DNA of 64,000 bases from a bacterium (GCA_030149525.1 JASBRJ010000274.1:14160-78159); one strand, 5' to 3'; positions 1 through 11,929 are shown, numbered from the stretch's first letter. Made by a program: numbers and translations. The notes: generated by a model from the sequence alone, not told the origin.

Positions 1-79
1 ACCAGGCCGGGGAATGGGGAATGCTGCAAAGAGATCTTGAGCTTCCCATCGCCCAGGCCATAGCTCGTGAGCTCAGCGT

Positions 80-1429
80 CTAGCCGATCATAATACTTTT
101 GGTATTGATGAACTCACGGATTCCGTGTCCACCATGTTCTCGACCGTAGCCACTGTTCTTGACTCCACCGAAAGGCAGATTCGGCTGAGCCAGATGGTAG
201 GCGTTGATGTTCACCATTCCGGTGTCGAAATATTTTCTGGCCATCTCAATCGCTTTGCCTTTGTCGGCCGAGAAGATACCGCCGCCCAGTCCGAAAACAG
301 AGTCGTTGGCGATACGCATGGCGTCTTCGGCGTCTTTAGCCTTAATGAGTGAGGCTACCGGACCGAACAGCTCTTCGTCGTAGGCCGGCATACCCGGTTT
401 CACATTTTCCAGCAAGGTGGGAGGGTAAAAGAAGCCGGCGCCTTCGGGGATTTCTCCGCCCAGTAGACAGGTGGCACCACGTTGGATCGACTCTTTGACC
501 TGTTCGTGGAGTTTTTCACGCAGGTCTTGCCGTGCCATGGGTGCCGTTTCCACCTCTTTGGCGGCCGCCACAAAGCGCTTTTTGAATTCCTCGTAGATGG
601 ATTCCACAACGATGAAACGCTTGGCCGCCACACAGGTTTGGCCGGCGTTGTTGAATCGACCCATAGAACAGGCTTCTATCGTCTTGTCGAGTTCCGCGTC
701 GGCCAAAACGATGTAGGCGTCGTTGCTTCCCAGTTCTAGAACCGTCTTTTTCAGCGCTTTAGCAGCCTTTTTGGCGATTTTCCGCCCGGCGGCCGAGCTT
801 CCGGTGAAAGTGACTCCGCGAACTCTCTTGTGCTTGATGACAGATTCCGCAACGTCATGATCGATTTTCAGATGGAGGAAGATGCCTTCGGGGAGACCGG
901 CCTCTTTGGCCAGTTCTTCCAGCTTTTCCGCCATGCCCCAAACGTTGGCAGCGTGCTTCAGGAGCACGCCGTTACCGGCCACCAGGTTGGGGGCGGTGTA
1001 TCGAATAACCTGATAGATGGGGAAGTTCCAGGGCTGAATGCCGAAAATGACGCCGATAGGTTGGTGAGTGACCAGAGCGCGACCGCCTCCCTCTAGGGGA
1101 TGATTCTCGTCTTGAAGTTCGCGGGGACCATGCTCGGCAGTGTATTCGCAGATGGAGCTGCAGAGGTCGACCTCTTGTTTGCCTTCTTCCAGAAGTTTTC
1201 CCATCTCCCGGTTCATCAGTTCAGCCAAGGAATCTTTATGCTTCTGTAGGGTCTCACCGAGCTTTTTGACCAGTTTGGCCCTTTCCGCAATAGGGGTTTC
1301 GCGCCAGTCTAGAAAGCTCTTGTGGCACTGCTCTACCTTTTGCAAGGCTTCATCTTTGCTGAGAAGTTCGAAGGTGTTCAGTTGTTCTTCCGTTGCCGGA
1401 TTTTTCGTTTGTAAAGTTTGAGTAGACAT
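80..1429 (-). CDS. NAD(P)-dependent succinate-semialdehyde dehydrogenase-like aldehyde dehydrogenase
   Basis: ALDH motifs PWNFP, FTGS, LELGSND, catalytic GQTCVA, EELFGP, FGGVKNSGYGRE. Confidence 0.9.
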   Translation of the reverse strand: MSTQTLQTKNPATEEQLNTFELLSKDEALQKVEQCHKSFLDWRETPIAERAKLVKKLGETLQKHKDSLAELMNREMGKLLEEGKQEVDLCSSICEYTAEHGPRELQDENHPLEGGGRALVTHQPIGVIFGIQPWNFPIYQVIRYTAPNLVAGNGVLLKHAANVWGMAEKLEELAKEAGLPEGIFLHLKIDHDVAESVIKHKRVRGVTFTGSSAAGRKIAKKAAKALKKTVLELGSNDAYIVLADAELDKTIEACSMGRFNNAGQTCVAAKRFIVVESIYEEFKKRFVAAAKEVETAPMARQDLREKLHEQVKESIQRGATCLLGGEIPEGAGFFYPPTLLENVKPGMPAYDEELFGPVASLIKAKDAEDAMRIANDSVFGLGGGIFSADKGKAIEMARKYFDTGMVNINAYHLAQPNLPFGGVKNSGYGREHGGHGIREFINTKSIMIG

Positions 1430-1501
1430 GAAAACAGCATCCCATGTCTTGGCAGCCAGCTTACCCGTCGAAAGAGTCGCTTGGGGGCACTCGACCGGAC
1501 G

Positions 1502-3052
1502 CTATACCACGTTCACCAGTTGCATCATTCCGATATCTTCATGGACAAGGACATGGCAATGAAGCACAAACATCCCCTTGAAGTCGGGGAACCTCTGTCT
1601 TACGGTAACGCTTCCCATAGGTGGGATGTCGACCGTGTCGAGCCATATCGGTTCTGTCAAGGGAAAACCGTTAAGTTCGCCCGTCGAGGTGGCCACGACT
1701 TGAAACGGATTGATATGGATATGGTGGGAATGCCAGGCTCCGCTGGTGTTGGAAAGGGTCCATTCGATCACCGCATTGAGTGGGATGGTTTGGTCGACTC
1801 TATGGGGATCGAACCTTTCACCGTTAATGGTGAAGTTAGAAGCCTGAGCGTTGCCGATCATAGGCCCGTTCATGTTGCTGACACTGTAGACGAGATCTCT
1901 TCGTTCGGTGATTTCCGAGGCATCAATGGTGGGAAGTTGAGCCGGTGTTGGTAGGACCGAGGGGAGGGTCATGTTTTGTTGAGGGCCCGCCACAACCACG
2001 GTGGCCAGGACAACTTCGGGGGTAGGGGCGCCTCCACCGTTTTGGAAGCTTTTCTTCACAATGCGATAGGTCCCCGGGGTCTGAAATTGAAGCAAGAGAT
2101 CGGCTCAGTTAGCCGGAGCCAGACGGATCTCCGAGAGCGGCTTGACTTGCTTGAGAGTGATGCCGTCGAGGGACATGACGTTGAGAGTTGTGCTGTCTAT
2201 CGCCAGGGGCATGGTGTTGCGGGCGCTTCCGTTGAGAACGCGAAGGCGTATGGTGCGACCCGGTGCCACTGTGAGTTCCGGTTGATATTGGCCGTTAACT
2301 AGAAAGAACGAGTCGGCTCTCACAAAGGGAGAAGGAACCACATAGTCGGGCACCTGAAAAGGCTCGGAGCTGGGAGGTTGGGAGGAGATTCCCGACAGGT
2401 TGATTTCGGAAATGACGAAGTCAAGATCGGTGGCCGCTCTCACCTCGGGCACTTCATCGGCCCCTCCCTCCACGATCAGAAGGCCGAGCATACCGCTGAG
2501 GAGATGCATGGCGGTTTTGCCGTGGGTGTGGGCGTGGTACCAGAAAGTCCCCGCCGGATGATCCTCGGGAATGTCGTAGACGTAGGTGTAGGAGGTCCCG
2601 GGCTCAATGTTGATAAGGACGTTGTCCTGATCAGGGGAGACATGAAGTCCGTGGGTGTGGAGATTGATGGTGTTGAAATGGTGGGGCGTGTTGTGGTCGG
2701 GCGGAACGGGGTCGGTGTTAGGCGGCAAATTGTTGTGGAGCTGAATGGTCAACTGGTCGCCCGGTTTGACTCGAAGAGTGGGACCGCCCAGAAAGCCGTT
2801 CCAGGTTCTCAGTCGAGCCGTCCGATTCCCTACCGGTGTTGTCACCGTGACATCGGCATAGGAGATGTTGAAGGTGGTCAACAGGCGACCGCCGGTAGAG
2901 CGAATTTCGGGTGGCTGGGTCATCCCCGCTGCGGGTGGTCCGAAGTCTGTTAGGACGGGAGAGAAGCTGTTGGAGCCACCTCCGCAACCGGTGGCCACGG
3001 CAGCAGCAGCCAACGAACCTATTCTCAGAAAATCACGACGCGAAACACTCAA
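1502..3052 (-). pseudogene. Tat-exported multicopper oxidase interrupted by one in-frame TGA (2105-2107)
   Basis: SRRDFL Tat signal; HTHG, WYHAH, HSHHIH, HCHVLVHEDIGMM copper motifs; ORFs 2105-3052 and 1502-2095 share a frame, reading LAPAN*ADLLLQF. Confidence 0.85.
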
Positions 3053-3140
3053 GACAAAATCCTCCCAATCGATCTTGCATTTTACGACGGGAGAGCCCTG
3101 CCTTCAATGAGGCGCTAAACTTTGCTTGAAATGACGTGGC

Positions 3141-3566
3141 TCATCTCTCAATATCCTGACGAATCCGCTTTTCCAGGCTGGCCAATGCAGCCTCCACCGA
3201 GGCTGAGAGTCCCTCTCCCCAGGAGTAATCCGAGGCCTCTACGGCATAGAGGAGAAAGTGGGGTGGCAATTTGCCCGAGGCTTCGGCAAGCTTGAGGGTT
3301 TCCACAACGGGCCCTCGATGACTGGAGGTGACGGCTTCGGGTTTTTCCTTAGGAATCTCGTCCCAGGTCCAACGATGGATCTGTCCGGGAGTGTCTCCCT
3401 GTACGGCGTCCACCATGATCGCTTGTTCATGCCCTTCCAATCGGCTCAGCAGACTGAGGGGGTCGCCGGGCCAGTGGAAGCGCTCCTGAGTTGGGAAGAG
3501 ATCCAACAGACGCGGACCAACGCCGTCGTCTCGGCGAAACCGATTCCCCGCCGCCACCAGTATCAC
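3141..3566 (-). CDS. Hydrogenase maturation protease
   Basis: GNRFRRDDGVG, VDA and SSH motifs; last gene of the hydrogenase operon; GTG start overlaps the large-subunit stop. Confidence 0.88.
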   Translation of the reverse strand: MILVAAGNRFRRDDGVGPRLLDLFPTQERFHWPGDPLSLLSRLEGHEQAIMVDAVQGDTPGQIHRWTWDEIPKEKPEAVTSSHRGPVVETLKLAEASGKLPPHFLLYAVEASDYSWGEGLSASVEAALASLEKRIRQDIER

Positions 3567-4864
3567 AGCCGTTCGATATCCAGTCGGAGGAAATGGGTGG
3601 CGCAGGAAATGCAAGGGTCGTAGTTGCGAATGGCCTGCTCACATTGGGCCCTCATCTCCTCGGTGGGGAGATGGAGAAGAGTAGGGATGAGGCGCCTGAG
3701 ATCGTCTTCCATGCGGGCCTGATTTTGAGAAGTGGGGGGGACGATTTCCGCCCTTTTGATCAGTCCGTTCTCATCGACGTCGTAGCTGTGAAAAAGAATG
3801 CCGCGAGGGGCCTCGGTGAACCAGGAGCCGGAACCTACCTTGATATCAGGCTCAAGGTGGGGGCGATCCGGCCGTTGATAGGAATCTATAATTCGGAGGG
3901 CTTCCTGACAGGCATAGAGAGTTTCTAAGGCTCGGGCAATGATGCTCTTGAACGGGTTGTTGCAGGGCGGAGTAAAGCCTCGTTCGGCGGCAATTTTTTG
4001 AAGCGAAGCGGGGAGTTGCTCGAAGCAGAGATTGAAGCGTGCCAGCGGGCCTACCTGATAACTTCCCCCGGTGTCTCTTCTTAGACAGTGGAGGGCGTTG
4101 GAGTGTTCTACCTGACGCTCTTCAAAAACGGTGGTGAACTCATCGGCGCAGATATCGATCCCCTTATTGGAGACAAGGCGGCCCCGATTCATAGGGTACT
4201 CACGAGGGTCTTTCAAAGAGACGAACTCGTAGTCGATCTCAAGCTCGGGAAAGGGGAAGTCGGCCACCCAGTCGAGCACCTCGCGAGCGATGTTGCGGGC
4301 CTCTTTGAGAGAGGGGATGAGTTCTCTCAACTCTTTTCTCTCGGGCGCCCGGTAGAAGCCGCCCACCCGCACGTTGATGGGGTGAACTTCTCGACCTCCT
4401 ACGACTGTAACCAGAGCGTTGCCCGCCTTCTTTAATCGCAACCCTTGCTCTACCACCTGGGGAAACCGCTGGTTCAACTCCAGAACACTGGACAGGCCGA
4501 AAAAATCCGGGGCGTGGAGCATGAGGATGTGAAGTGCGTGACTCTCGATCCATTCTCCACAATAGAGAAGGCGCCGCAGTTGGGCATAGTTCTCTCCTAA
4601 CTTCAAGCCGAAGGCCTGTTCCAGGGCGTGAACCGAACTCATTTGATAGGCTACCGGACAGATTCCGCAGATTCGAGCTGTGATGTCGGGGACCTCATTG
4701 TAGCTCCGGCCCTGGAGAAAGGCCTCGAAGAAGCGTGGAGGCTCGAAGATTTGAAATCGAAGGGCCACGATCTCATCGTCCTTGAGAGTGACATGAAGGG
4801 CTCCCTCGCCCTCCACTCGGGCCAACGCTTTCACTTCGATGACGCGTTTAGAGCTATTCTTCAT
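3563..4864 (-). CDS. Group 3b [NiFe]-hydrogenase large (alpha) subunit
   Basis: ARVEGEG, RICGICP (L1) and DPCISCATH (L2); start moved to MKNSSKR. Confidence 0.93.
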   Translation of the reverse strand: MKNSSKRVIEVKALARVEGEGALHVTLKDDEIVALRFQIFEPPRFFEAFLQGRSYNEVPDITARICGICPVAYQMSSVHALEQAFGLKLGENYAQLRRLLYCGEWIESHALHILMLHAPDFFGLSSVLELNQRFPQVVEQGLRLKKAGNALVTVVGGREVHPINVRVGGFYRAPERKELRELIPSLKEARNIAREVLDWVADFPFPELEIDYEFVSLKDPREYPMNRGRLVSNKGIDICADEFTTVFEERQVEHSNALHCLRRDTGGSYQVGPLARFNLCFEQLPASLQKIAAERGFTPPCNNPFKSIIARALETLYACQEALRIIDSYQRPDRPHLEPDIKVGSGSWFTEAPRGILFHSYDVDENGLIKRAEIVPPTSQNQARMEDDLRRLIPTLLHLPTEEMRAQCEQAIRNYDPCISCATHFLRLDIERL

Positions 4865-5621
4865 GGCGAAGACTCTCTTCCTTGAAGGCCGGGGCCTCGG
4901 CGTTGAAGGTTCGAAAGACTCGAGAGATCTCTTGAGACGACATCCCGTGGTCTTTGAGTCGCTGGGCCAGAGCGGCGGTGTTGGGGGTTTCCATGGGGCC
5001 GAAGCAGCCGTAGCAGCCACGGTTATAGGCGGGGCAAAGAGCACCGCATCCGGCTTGAGTGACCGGTCCTAAACAGGGCGTTCCGTGGGCCACGGTGACG
5101 CAGACAAGGCCTCGGCGTTTGCACTCCATACAGAGACTGTGATTGGGGATGTTGGGGCGCCGCTTGTTGAGGAAGGCGTTAGCTACCTCCAGGAGTTGCC
5201 GTTTGTTGATAGGACAGCCTCGAAGTTCAAAATCAACCTTCACATGTTGGGAGATGGGGCTCACCTTGTCCAGAGTCTCGATGTAGTCCGGCCTTGCGTA
5301 AACCACCGAGAGAAAGTCGCGGACATCGGCAAAGTTTCTCAAGGCCTGGATGCCTCCCGAGGTGGCGCAAGCTCCGATGGTCACTAAGAACTTGGATTGG
5401 CTTCGAATCTCCTGAATGGCTCTTCTCTCGTGGGGAGTCGAGACACTTCCCTCCACCAATGAGAGGTCATAGGGGCCTGGTTGAATCCGGCTTGAGGCCT
5501 CCAGGAAGTAGGCGATCTCCAGCTGGTCGGCGAGGGTAAGAAGTTCGTCTTCGCAGTCCAATAGGGAAAGCTGACAGCCGTCGCAAGAGGAGAATTTCCA
5601 CACCGCGAGTTTTTTCTTCAT
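4854..5621 (-). CDS. Group 3b hydrogenase small (delta) subunit
   Basis: SSCDGC, VEGS, GACA, GCP and C-terminal Fe-S Cys clusters. Confidence 0.92.
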   Translation of the reverse strand: MKKKLAVWKFSSCDGCQLSLLDCEDELLTLADQLEIAYFLEASSRIQPGPYDLSLVEGSVSTPHERRAIQEIRSQSKFLVTIGACATSGGIQALRNFADVRDFLSVVYARPDYIETLDKVSPISQHVKVDFELRGCPINKRQLLEVANAFLNKRRPNIPNHSLCMECKRRGLVCVTVAHGTPCLGPVTQAGCGALCPAYNRGCYGCFGPMETPNTAALAQRLKDHGMSSQEISRVFRTFNAEAPAFKEESLRHEE

Positions 5622-6436
5622 AGTTCTTTGACTTTCAGCCATGGCAGGAGGCCTTCACAGTCGATCACCGGGCCGTCCTTGCAAAGAAAGAGTGGCCCGT
5701 ATTGGCAGTGACCACAATGGCCTACCCCGCACTGCATGTTTCTCTCCAAGGAGACAAAGCACCGGGCAGGCTGAACACCCAGTCCCAAAAGCTCCCGCAT
5801 AGAGAATCGCATCATGATCGGAGGGCCGCAGATAAAGGCGGTGGCGTTCGAAGCGTCTATGAGTTGGGCGGCCGTCCGACAGAGCGAAGTGACGACTCCC
5901 ACATGACCGTTCCATTCGGGGTCGGCAATATCGAGTGTGACGAAGACCTCCAGGTCGTGCCCGTCTTGCCACTGCTTTAACTCCTCTCCAAAGACAAGCC
6001 GTTCCAGGCTTCGAGCGCCATAGAGCAAGATCACGCGGCCGAAGCTGCTCCGGCTATGGAGAACTTCGTAAATGACCGGTCGAAGCGGGGCCAAGCCAAG
6101 ACCTCCCGCCATTAGAAGCAAGTCGCCACCCAACGCTTTTTCGACCGGCCACCCTCGCCCGAAGGGACCGCGAAGCCCGAAGCTGTCGCCGGGGCGAAGT
6201 TCGGTAAGGGCCCGGCTCACGGCACCTACGTTTTGAACGGTGTGAATCACCGTGTGGTCGGTGTAGGGCTTCCCGCTGATGGAGATCGGTATCTCACCTT
6301 TGCCGAAGGCGTAGAGCATGTTGAACTGGCCCGGGCGGAAATGAAAAGGCACCCCATTTTTTGAGCGAGCTTCCAGGCTGAAGGTCACTTCATTATCCCG
6401 GGAGACTTCGGTGACTTCGAAGAGGGCGGGGATCAT
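5618..6436 (-). CDS. Group 3b hydrogenase gamma subunit (FAD/NAD-binding, 2Fe-2S)
   Basis: [33 protein letters not shown]. Confidence 0.92.
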   Translation of the reverse strand: MIPALFEVTEVSRDNEVTFSLEARSKNGVPFHFRPGQFNMLYAFGKGEIPISISGKPYTDHTVIHTVQNVGAVSRALTELRPGDSFGLRGPFGRGWPVEKALGGDLLLMAGGLGLAPLRPVIYEVLHSRSSFGRVILLYGARSLERLVFGEELKQWQDGHDLEVFVTLDIADPEWNGHVGVVTSLCRTAAQLIDASNATAFICGPPIMMRFSMRELLGLGVQPARCFVSLERNMQCGVGHCGHCQYGPLFLCKDGPVIDCEGLLPWLKVKEL

Positions 6437-6897
6437 TTGTCGACCCTTCGATGGGAGTGGATGTCTAGAAGTTGCAGTCGAGTTTGGCCCAAGCGACCCA
6501 CGAAGGTTTTCAGCATCCCTTTGAGCACCCGGTTGCCGAAATCTTGATCTGTGTCCATCATATTTCGTAGTTTGGCGGCATCGAGGGCTATGAGTTTGGA
6601 CGGTTCCACGGCGCGGATATCAAAGGTTGCCTCATACGGGGGAAACAACCAGGACCAGCCGATCTCTGTTCCCGCACCCTCGGTTTGAAGGCGCCGAGAA
6701 CCGCCGCCCGGCAGAGCCAAATCGATGGAGACCAGCCCCTCTACCAGCAGGTAGAAATGGTCACAATCGGAGCCTTCACGAAGCAAGGCTTCTCCCGGCC
6801 GGTATTCCACCCAGCGGGCCAACGGCAACAGTTTTTCTAACTGCCCCTCGGTAAAGAGCGTGGCGAAGGGGTGTTTTTTTAGGTCAGCTGTTCGCAT
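6433..6897 (-). CDS. Cyclic-nucleotide-binding (Crp-like) domain protein
   Basis: LLREG..FYLLVEG..IGWSWLFPPY..RAVEP cNMP fold; start at MRTADL. Confidence 0.85.
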   Translation of the reverse strand: MRTADLKKHPFATLFTEGQLEKLLPLARWVEYRPGEALLREGSDCDHFYLLVEGLVSIDLALPGGGSRRLQTEGAGTEIGWSWLFPPYEATFDIRAVEPSKLIALDAAKLRNMMDTDQDFGNRVLKGMLKTFVGRLGQTRLQLLDIHSHRRVDK

Positions 6898-7993
6898 GGG
6901 AGGCACCGTCCTTTTCTCGAATGACCGCCGCTTCCTCAGTGATATCGATGCCCACCGGACACCACACGATGCAGCGACCACAACCAACGCATCCCGATTC
7001 GTCGAACTGATCATGCCAGGTGGCGAGTTTGTGAGTCATCCATTGGCGGTATCTCGCTTCGGCGCTAGACCGCTGAGAGTTGCCGCTAGTCAGGGTGAAC
7101 TGCTCGGAAAAACAGGAGTCCCACTGTCTGACTCGTTGGCTTTCAAGCCCGGCTAGATCGGTCATCTCTTCCACCGAGAAGCAAAAGCAGGTGGGGCAGA
7201 CCATGGTGCAGTTTCCGCAAGTGAGGCATCGGTCGCCGACGTCTTTCCAGCGGGGGTGATTGAGATTGTTTTTCAGCAGTTCCGCTAGACCTTCGGTATC
7301 GAGCGTCCGACCCATCTGCCGGCAAACATGTTCCTCTTGCCGGGCGGCCTCCGAGAGTGCGTGGGAAGAAGCCTCCTCGGTTGGTAAGCGGCCAAGAACT
7401 GCCCGACCGCGTGCGCTTCGAGCTTCCAGCAGAAAAATCTCCTCAAGCTCCGTCAGGGTGATATCGTCGCCGCTCTTTAAGGTGGGGCCGGTCTCAGTGG
7501 AAACGCAGAAACAGGCTCCGCCTGCCCGACTACAGTTGACTCCCACAAGGAAGACGGATTCTCGTCGCTCCTGATAGGGTTTGTCGGGGTGGAGTTGCTC
7601 TAAGAAGACCCGATCCTGCTTGAGAATCGCCTCCATTTCACAGGCTCTGACCCCGAGGAAGGCTTGCTTCTTGTGCCAGGACTCTGATTTGAACTCAAGC
7701 CCCTGGTCGGTTTTTTTAGTTTTGTACAAGCAGAGGTTGGGTGGGTGAAGATACTTCTTCCAACTTTGAGGGCCCAGGGTGAAGGCGAAATATCGGTTTG
7801 CCGGGTCTCGTTTCAACCTATACCGCCCGGCTTCTTGCTCCTCTATCCATCCGCGAGGAAGTTCTTCTGCCGAGTCCAACGGCCCGTAAATGATCGCTCC
7901 CTCGCCCATTCGAGGGCCCAAGACCTCGTATCCCTCCTCTCGCAAGGCCTGAATGAGAAGGGAAAGGTTGTCTTTGGCAAGAGCTCTCATCAC
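6884..7993 (-). CDS. Group 3b hydrogenase beta subunit (4Fe-4S dicluster)
   Basis: CLTCGNCTMVCPTCFC and CVGCGRCIVWCP. Confidence 0.92.
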   Translation of the reverse strand: MMRALAKDNLSLLIQALREEGYEVLGPRMGEGAIIYGPLDSAEELPRGWIEEQEAGRYRLKRDPANRYFAFTLGPQSWKKYLHPPNLCLYKTKKTDQGLEFKSESWHKKQAFLGVRACEMEAILKQDRVFLEQLHPDKPYQERRESVFLVGVNCSRAGGACFCVSTETGPTLKSGDDITLTELEEIFLLEARSARGRAVLGRLPTEEASSHALSEAARQEEHVCRQMGRTLDTEGLAELLKNNLNHPRWKDVGDRCLTCGNCTMVCPTCFCFSVEEMTDLAGLESQRVRQWDSCFSEQFTLTSGNSQRSSAEARYRQWMTHKLATWHDQFDESGCVGCGRCIVWCPVGIDITEEAAVIREKDGASHANS

Positions 7994-8079
7994 GGTATCT
8001 CCAATCTACCAGATCTGCTCCACCCTTCCCCTGACATGGATCAGTCGGTAGGCGCCGCTTGGGAATTGCCAACCAACCA

Positions 8080-9558
8080 CTAGATGACTTTTCTCATCAT
8101 GCTGAAAAGATCGTTGGCCGTGTAGGGTTTGGGGAGAATTGGCGTGTTTCTCACCAACTCGCTTTCGCGTTCGAGTCGAGAGTCGTTGTAACCGGAGGAG
8201 AAGAAGGCCGGCAAGTGGGGATTCTGCTTCCGCATCTCTGCCAGGGCCTCCGTACCGTTCATCTCAGGCATGAGCATATCCAAAATGGCCAGGTCGATCT
8301 CCCGGCCGTGTTTCTCAAAAAGCTCTAAGGCCTCTTTCCCGTTTTTAGCGAACAGGGTTCTACATTTAGCCTTCTTCAAAATGAGACGGATGGTCTGTCG
8401 CACCTGCTCGTTGTCTTCGGCCACCAACACCGTCTTACCGGCAAGGCTTCGCAGCTCAAGCGGTTCTTGCGATTCCCTTTTGATGGGAGATGTGCCGGTG
8501 GCTAGAGGTAGTTCGATGACAAAGGTTGTTCCATGGCCGGGTCGACTTTTGACCCGGATTTTGCCGCCATGGCTTTCCACAATGCCGTAGACTGTAGACA
8601 GCCCTAAGCCCGAGCCTTTTCCCTCGGCCTTGGTGGTGAAAAACGGCTCAAAAATCGACTCGAGATTTCCAGGCTCGATCCCGCAGCCTTGATCCTGAAA
8701 GGTCAAACAAGCGAATTCGCTTCCGGAAATGACCGAGTTCTCAAGAGTTATGGTGATGATCCCACCATTCTCGCTCATAGCGTCTCGGGCGTTGACCACC
8801 AGATTGACCAGAATCTGTTCGAACAGAGCCCTGTCCAACAGCACCTGGGGAAACGAGCCGGGAGGGCGCCAATCGATTGTGATATGATCTCCCAGCAGGC
8901 GCTCTGTCATTTTAACGACGTCGGAAATCGCTTGGGGAAGATCGAGATACTCTTCTTGGAGCGGTTGCCTCCGGCTGGTTAGAAGCAGTTGCCTGGTAAG
9001 AGAAGCCGCTCTTTCGGCAGCGGTCAAGATTCTTTCGGTCTCCTCACAGGTTTTGGCCGAATTGTCGGTCTGCTCCATGATCAGCTGAGCACTGCTGAAA
9101 ATCACCTGGAGAATGTTGTTGAAGTCATGTACCACGCCTCCGACCAAACGACCGATAGCCTCCATCTTTTGCGACTGGCGATACTGCCTGAGCAATTGGT
9201 TTCGCTCGGTCATATCGGTAGATACACCGGTAAAGTATCGTTTGCCGTCGGAGTCTTGAAAGAGGCGTGCTGCCATGTGAACTTCGAAGGTGGAGCCGTC
9301 CTTTCGACGGGCTAGGAAATCAAAATCCCCATATCCCTCTTTTTGAAGAACCTGCATGATCCGAAGCGGCACCTCCGGGTCCACGCAATGGTGGTCGGGA
9401 GACGTTCCCACTATCTCTTCGAGAGAAGAGTAGCCCCACATCTTTAGATAGGCGGGGTTGGCGTAAACGAACTTTCCGTTCTCGTCCACGATGTCAAAAC
9501 CGGACATCATGGTTTCTATGGCATCGCTCTTGAGCCTCAACTCATCTTCCAGCTTCAT
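8080..9558 (-). CDS. PAS-domain hybrid sensor histidine kinase/response regulator
   Basis: PAS domain, HDFNN H-box, NARDA, FFTTK, GSGLGL, C-terminal REC (DMLMP). Confidence 0.92.
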   Translation of the reverse strand: MKLEDELRLKSDAIETMMSGFDIVDENGKFVYANPAYLKMWGYSSLEEIVGTSPDHHCVDPEVPLRIMQVLQKEGYGDFDFLARRKDGSTFEVHMAARLFQDSDGKRYFTGVSTDMTERNQLLRQYRQSQKMEAIGRLVGGVVHDFNNILQVIFSSAQLIMEQTDNSAKTCEETERILTAAERAASLTRQLLLTSRRQPLQEEYLDLPQAISDVVKMTERLLGDHITIDWRPPGSFPQVLLDRALFEQILVNLVVNARDAMSENGGIITITLENSVISGSEFACLTFQDQGCGIEPGNLESIFEPFFTTKAEGKGSGLGLSTVYGIVESHGGKIRVKSRPGHGTTFVIELPLATGTSPIKRESQEPLELRSLAGKTVLVAEDNEQVRQTIRLILKKAKCRTLFAKNGKEALELFEKHGREIDLAILDMLMPEMNGTEALAEMRKQNPHLPAFFSSGYNDSRLERESELVRNTPILPKPYTANDLFSMMRKVI

Positions 9559-9626
9559 GTCTGTGGATCTGCCCCTCTCAACAATCTTTACCAGGCCATC
9601 GGGATCCTGTCCAGAAGGCGGTCTAT

Positions 9627-10349
9627 GTGAATCTTTTGGAATGTAGCTGTCAGCCGAACGAAACTCTTGAGGAGCATTTTCAGAATCTGAACCGAAAATA
9701 CGTCAACGGGCAAGGAACGCTTGCCCTCATCGAGCGCCTACGAGAGTTCCCCGACGAAAGAACTGTCTACGGCCTGACCTCGGTCGACAGGCTTTGCCTT
9801 CTCAGCCAAGACGACTATACCACCCCCTGGTGGGTGGTGATAACCTCCCATGGCATAGATGATTTTAGAATCGAGTGTCGCCTCCCTCAGGAACAAGCTC
9901 CCTGGCGAGGAGCGCAGATCCTTGGAAGGACAAAAGACCTGGGCAAGGCGGTGGAAATGGTGGTCAAAGGCCTGATTCTTTCGCGCGGCTGGAACACGGA
10001 GATCGGTGATCGGCCCATCGGTCTCGATGAAATCATCGAGGATTCGTTGAGCCTCTTTCGACTTCCCGGGGCGGAAGAAGCCTGTCGAGGCCTTCTGCGA
10101 GGCTGGGAGAATCAGATCAAAGTGTGTCCAGCCACCGAGGAGGAGGTCCTCGTCACAGTGCTTGCTCGAACATCCGAAAAGGAAGCGCTCGGCTATCGAC
10201 ACGACGCCGCAGAAACAAGCTCCCGATGGGGCCTGATAGAGCCTGAGTCCCAGCGGTTGCCCTCTCCCGACTTCTGGTTTTATTGGATGGACGACGCTTT
10301 TTGTGCCTCAGCCGCCTGGGACGGCCCGGCTCCACCGAAGTTGGGTTGA
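9627..10349 (+). CDS. Hypothetical protein
   Basis: 240-aa ORF filling the gap between genes; no motif recognised. Confidence 0.6.
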   Translation: MNLLECSCQPNETLEEHFQNLNRKYVNGQGTLALIERLREFPDERTVYGLTSVDRLCLLSQDDYTTPWWVVITSHGIDDFRIECRLPQEQAPWRGAQILGRTKDLGKAVEMVVKGLILSRGWNTEIGDRPIGLDEIIEDSLSLFRLPGAEEACRGLLRGWENQIKVCPATEEEVLVTVLARTSEKEALGYRHDAAETSSRWGLIEPESQRLPSPDFWFYWMDDAFCASAAWDGPAPPKLG

Positions 10350-10441
10350 CTCGGCTGGGGAGTGTCACTTTGATGTTCACTTAATGTTAACGATTTCAGG
10401 TCTTTTTCATTGTACTGTCGTGGACAAGGAAAAGACTAACA

Positions 10442-11929
10442 GTGAACATTGGCTCCTCTCCATACCGACTATCGAAAGCCCCAAGGCAGGCACCCAGGCC
10501 GGAGCTAAAGCTTGAGTACCCTTCTGAGGAGGTCGAGCCTGCTCGAAACGGTCGGCCTGTCGTTCTGCTCCATGGGACTATTGTAGAGAAAGACGGAATA
10601 GAAGAGTTTCGCAAGTTCGCCCTGTCCCAGGGACACCCGGTCAACCACCGTTCCTATCCCACCATCACGAAGGGTGGGCTCATCGAAGAGTCGACGGAGA
10701 TCGCGTCCAGAGAAGTGAATAAGTCTCGGGCCGAGGTGGCTCGTGGTCGCATTGAGGCTTTGAAAGAAAGGACTCCTGAAGCGCTTACGGAGTTTTTTCA
10801 GATCGATGCCGAACTCTACGGTGAGCGAGACCCCGACGCTGAGAAAATTCTCCCTCATCTACCGGGTTTGGTGGCTCAGGTGGAGTCGGTGGTGACGGGC
10901 CCTCAGGCTCAGATCGAAAGCCGTCTCGGTCGAAGTCTGAAAGCGATTGAGGCTGACCTCGTCGAAGGTCTTAAGAAGGACGGACTCACCGAGCAGAAGG
11001 CTGCGGCTATTGCTGAGGAACTTCTCGATACTGTGGCTCCGAAGGCGATTGTCATCGGCCATAGCGCCGGAGGGTTTGTGGCTCAAACGTTGGCTGTCAA
11101 CCCTGAAACCCAGGACGGCGACGACCCGTTCGCCTATGACGGCGGTAACGGAGTGGGCGAAGTGGTGCTCCTGTCTTCCCCGGTTGGAAAAGGGTTGCCT
11201 CAACCGGCTCCGACGGGAATTCTAGAACTGCCCTTCTACAATTACGACCGCACGGTTCTCCAACCGGCAGAGAAGAATCCGCTGGTCACTTTGGCTCGAT
11301 TAAATCCTCTGACAAACCTCGCCTACACGTCCTCCAAGTCATTGCTAAAGACTCTTTTCTACGTTGGTACACAAGTCTCCACCACCATGACAAGCCCGAT
11401 GGTGCATCTGGCGAAGCCCGGCTACGCGCAAGTGGAAGAAAGCCACGAATTCTTCAATCAATACGTCAAGGACCGAGAGATACCCGAGGGGCTGACGGTG
11501 ATTTCTGTGACCAGCCCTCTGGATAAACTCGTCCAGGAGGAACGGTCCAGGCTCTCCGACGAGATGGAAAACGGCCACAACTATTCATTTGATCTCGACG
11601 TTACTGAAGAACAGGTCAAGAAGGAACGTCCCACCTGGACTCATGTCATAATGACCGAGCAACCCGAGCATTTGAAGAAAGAGTATTCCGAGGATATCCT
11701 GGCTCAGCCGAAGGCTCTGATGAAGCTCTTGAACCCCAAAAACGACGAGGGAGTTCGAGTCAAGGCCCTGGACATCTTGTGGGCCGGATTAGAGACCTCC
11801 CCGGACTACTTGAAGGCTCACCCGGAAGTCAAAGACGTGTTGGAGAAGGTGGCCGCCGAGCGTCTCCCGTTTGAGGACTCCGCTTCTTACAAAGCTTACT
11901 CTCTGCTCGCCATGTCTTCCAATCTTTGA
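10442..11929 (+). CDS. Alpha/beta-hydrolase (lipase/esterase-like) with a large helical insertion
   Basis: VVLLHG oxyanion motif, GHSAGG nucleophile elbow, downstream D and H candidates. Confidence 0.75.
   Translation: MNIGSSPYRLSKAPRQAPRPELKLEYPSEEVEPARNGRPVVLLHGTIVEKDGIEEFRKFALSQGHPVNHRSYPTITKGGLIEESTEIASREVNKSRAEVARGRIEALKERTPEALTEFFQIDAELYGERDPDAEKILPHLPGLVAQVESVVTGPQAQIESRLGRSLKAIEADLVEGLKKDGLTEQKAAAIAEELLDTVAPKAIVIGHSAGGFVAQTLAVNPETQDGDDPFAYDGGNGVGEVVLLSSPVGKGLPQPAPTGILELPFYNYDRTVLQPAEKNPLVTLARLNPLTNLAYTSSKSLLKTLFYVGTQVSTTMTSPMVHLAKPGYAQVEESHEFFNQYVKDREIPEGLTVISVTSPLDKLVQEERSRLSDEMENGHNYSFDLDVTEEQVKKERPTWTHVIMTEQPEHLKKEYSEDILAQPKALMKLLNPKNDEGVRVKALDILWAGLETSPDYLKAHPEVKDVLEKVAAERLPFEDSASYKAYSLLAMSSNL

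Noticed and set aside
2105-2107. TGA in the multicopper oxidase as selenocysteine
   Set aside because: Position corresponds to Arg, not Cys, and no SECIS-like stem follows
3563-3620. [NiFeSe] hydrogenase
   Set aside because: L2 motif is DPCISC, with Cys codons
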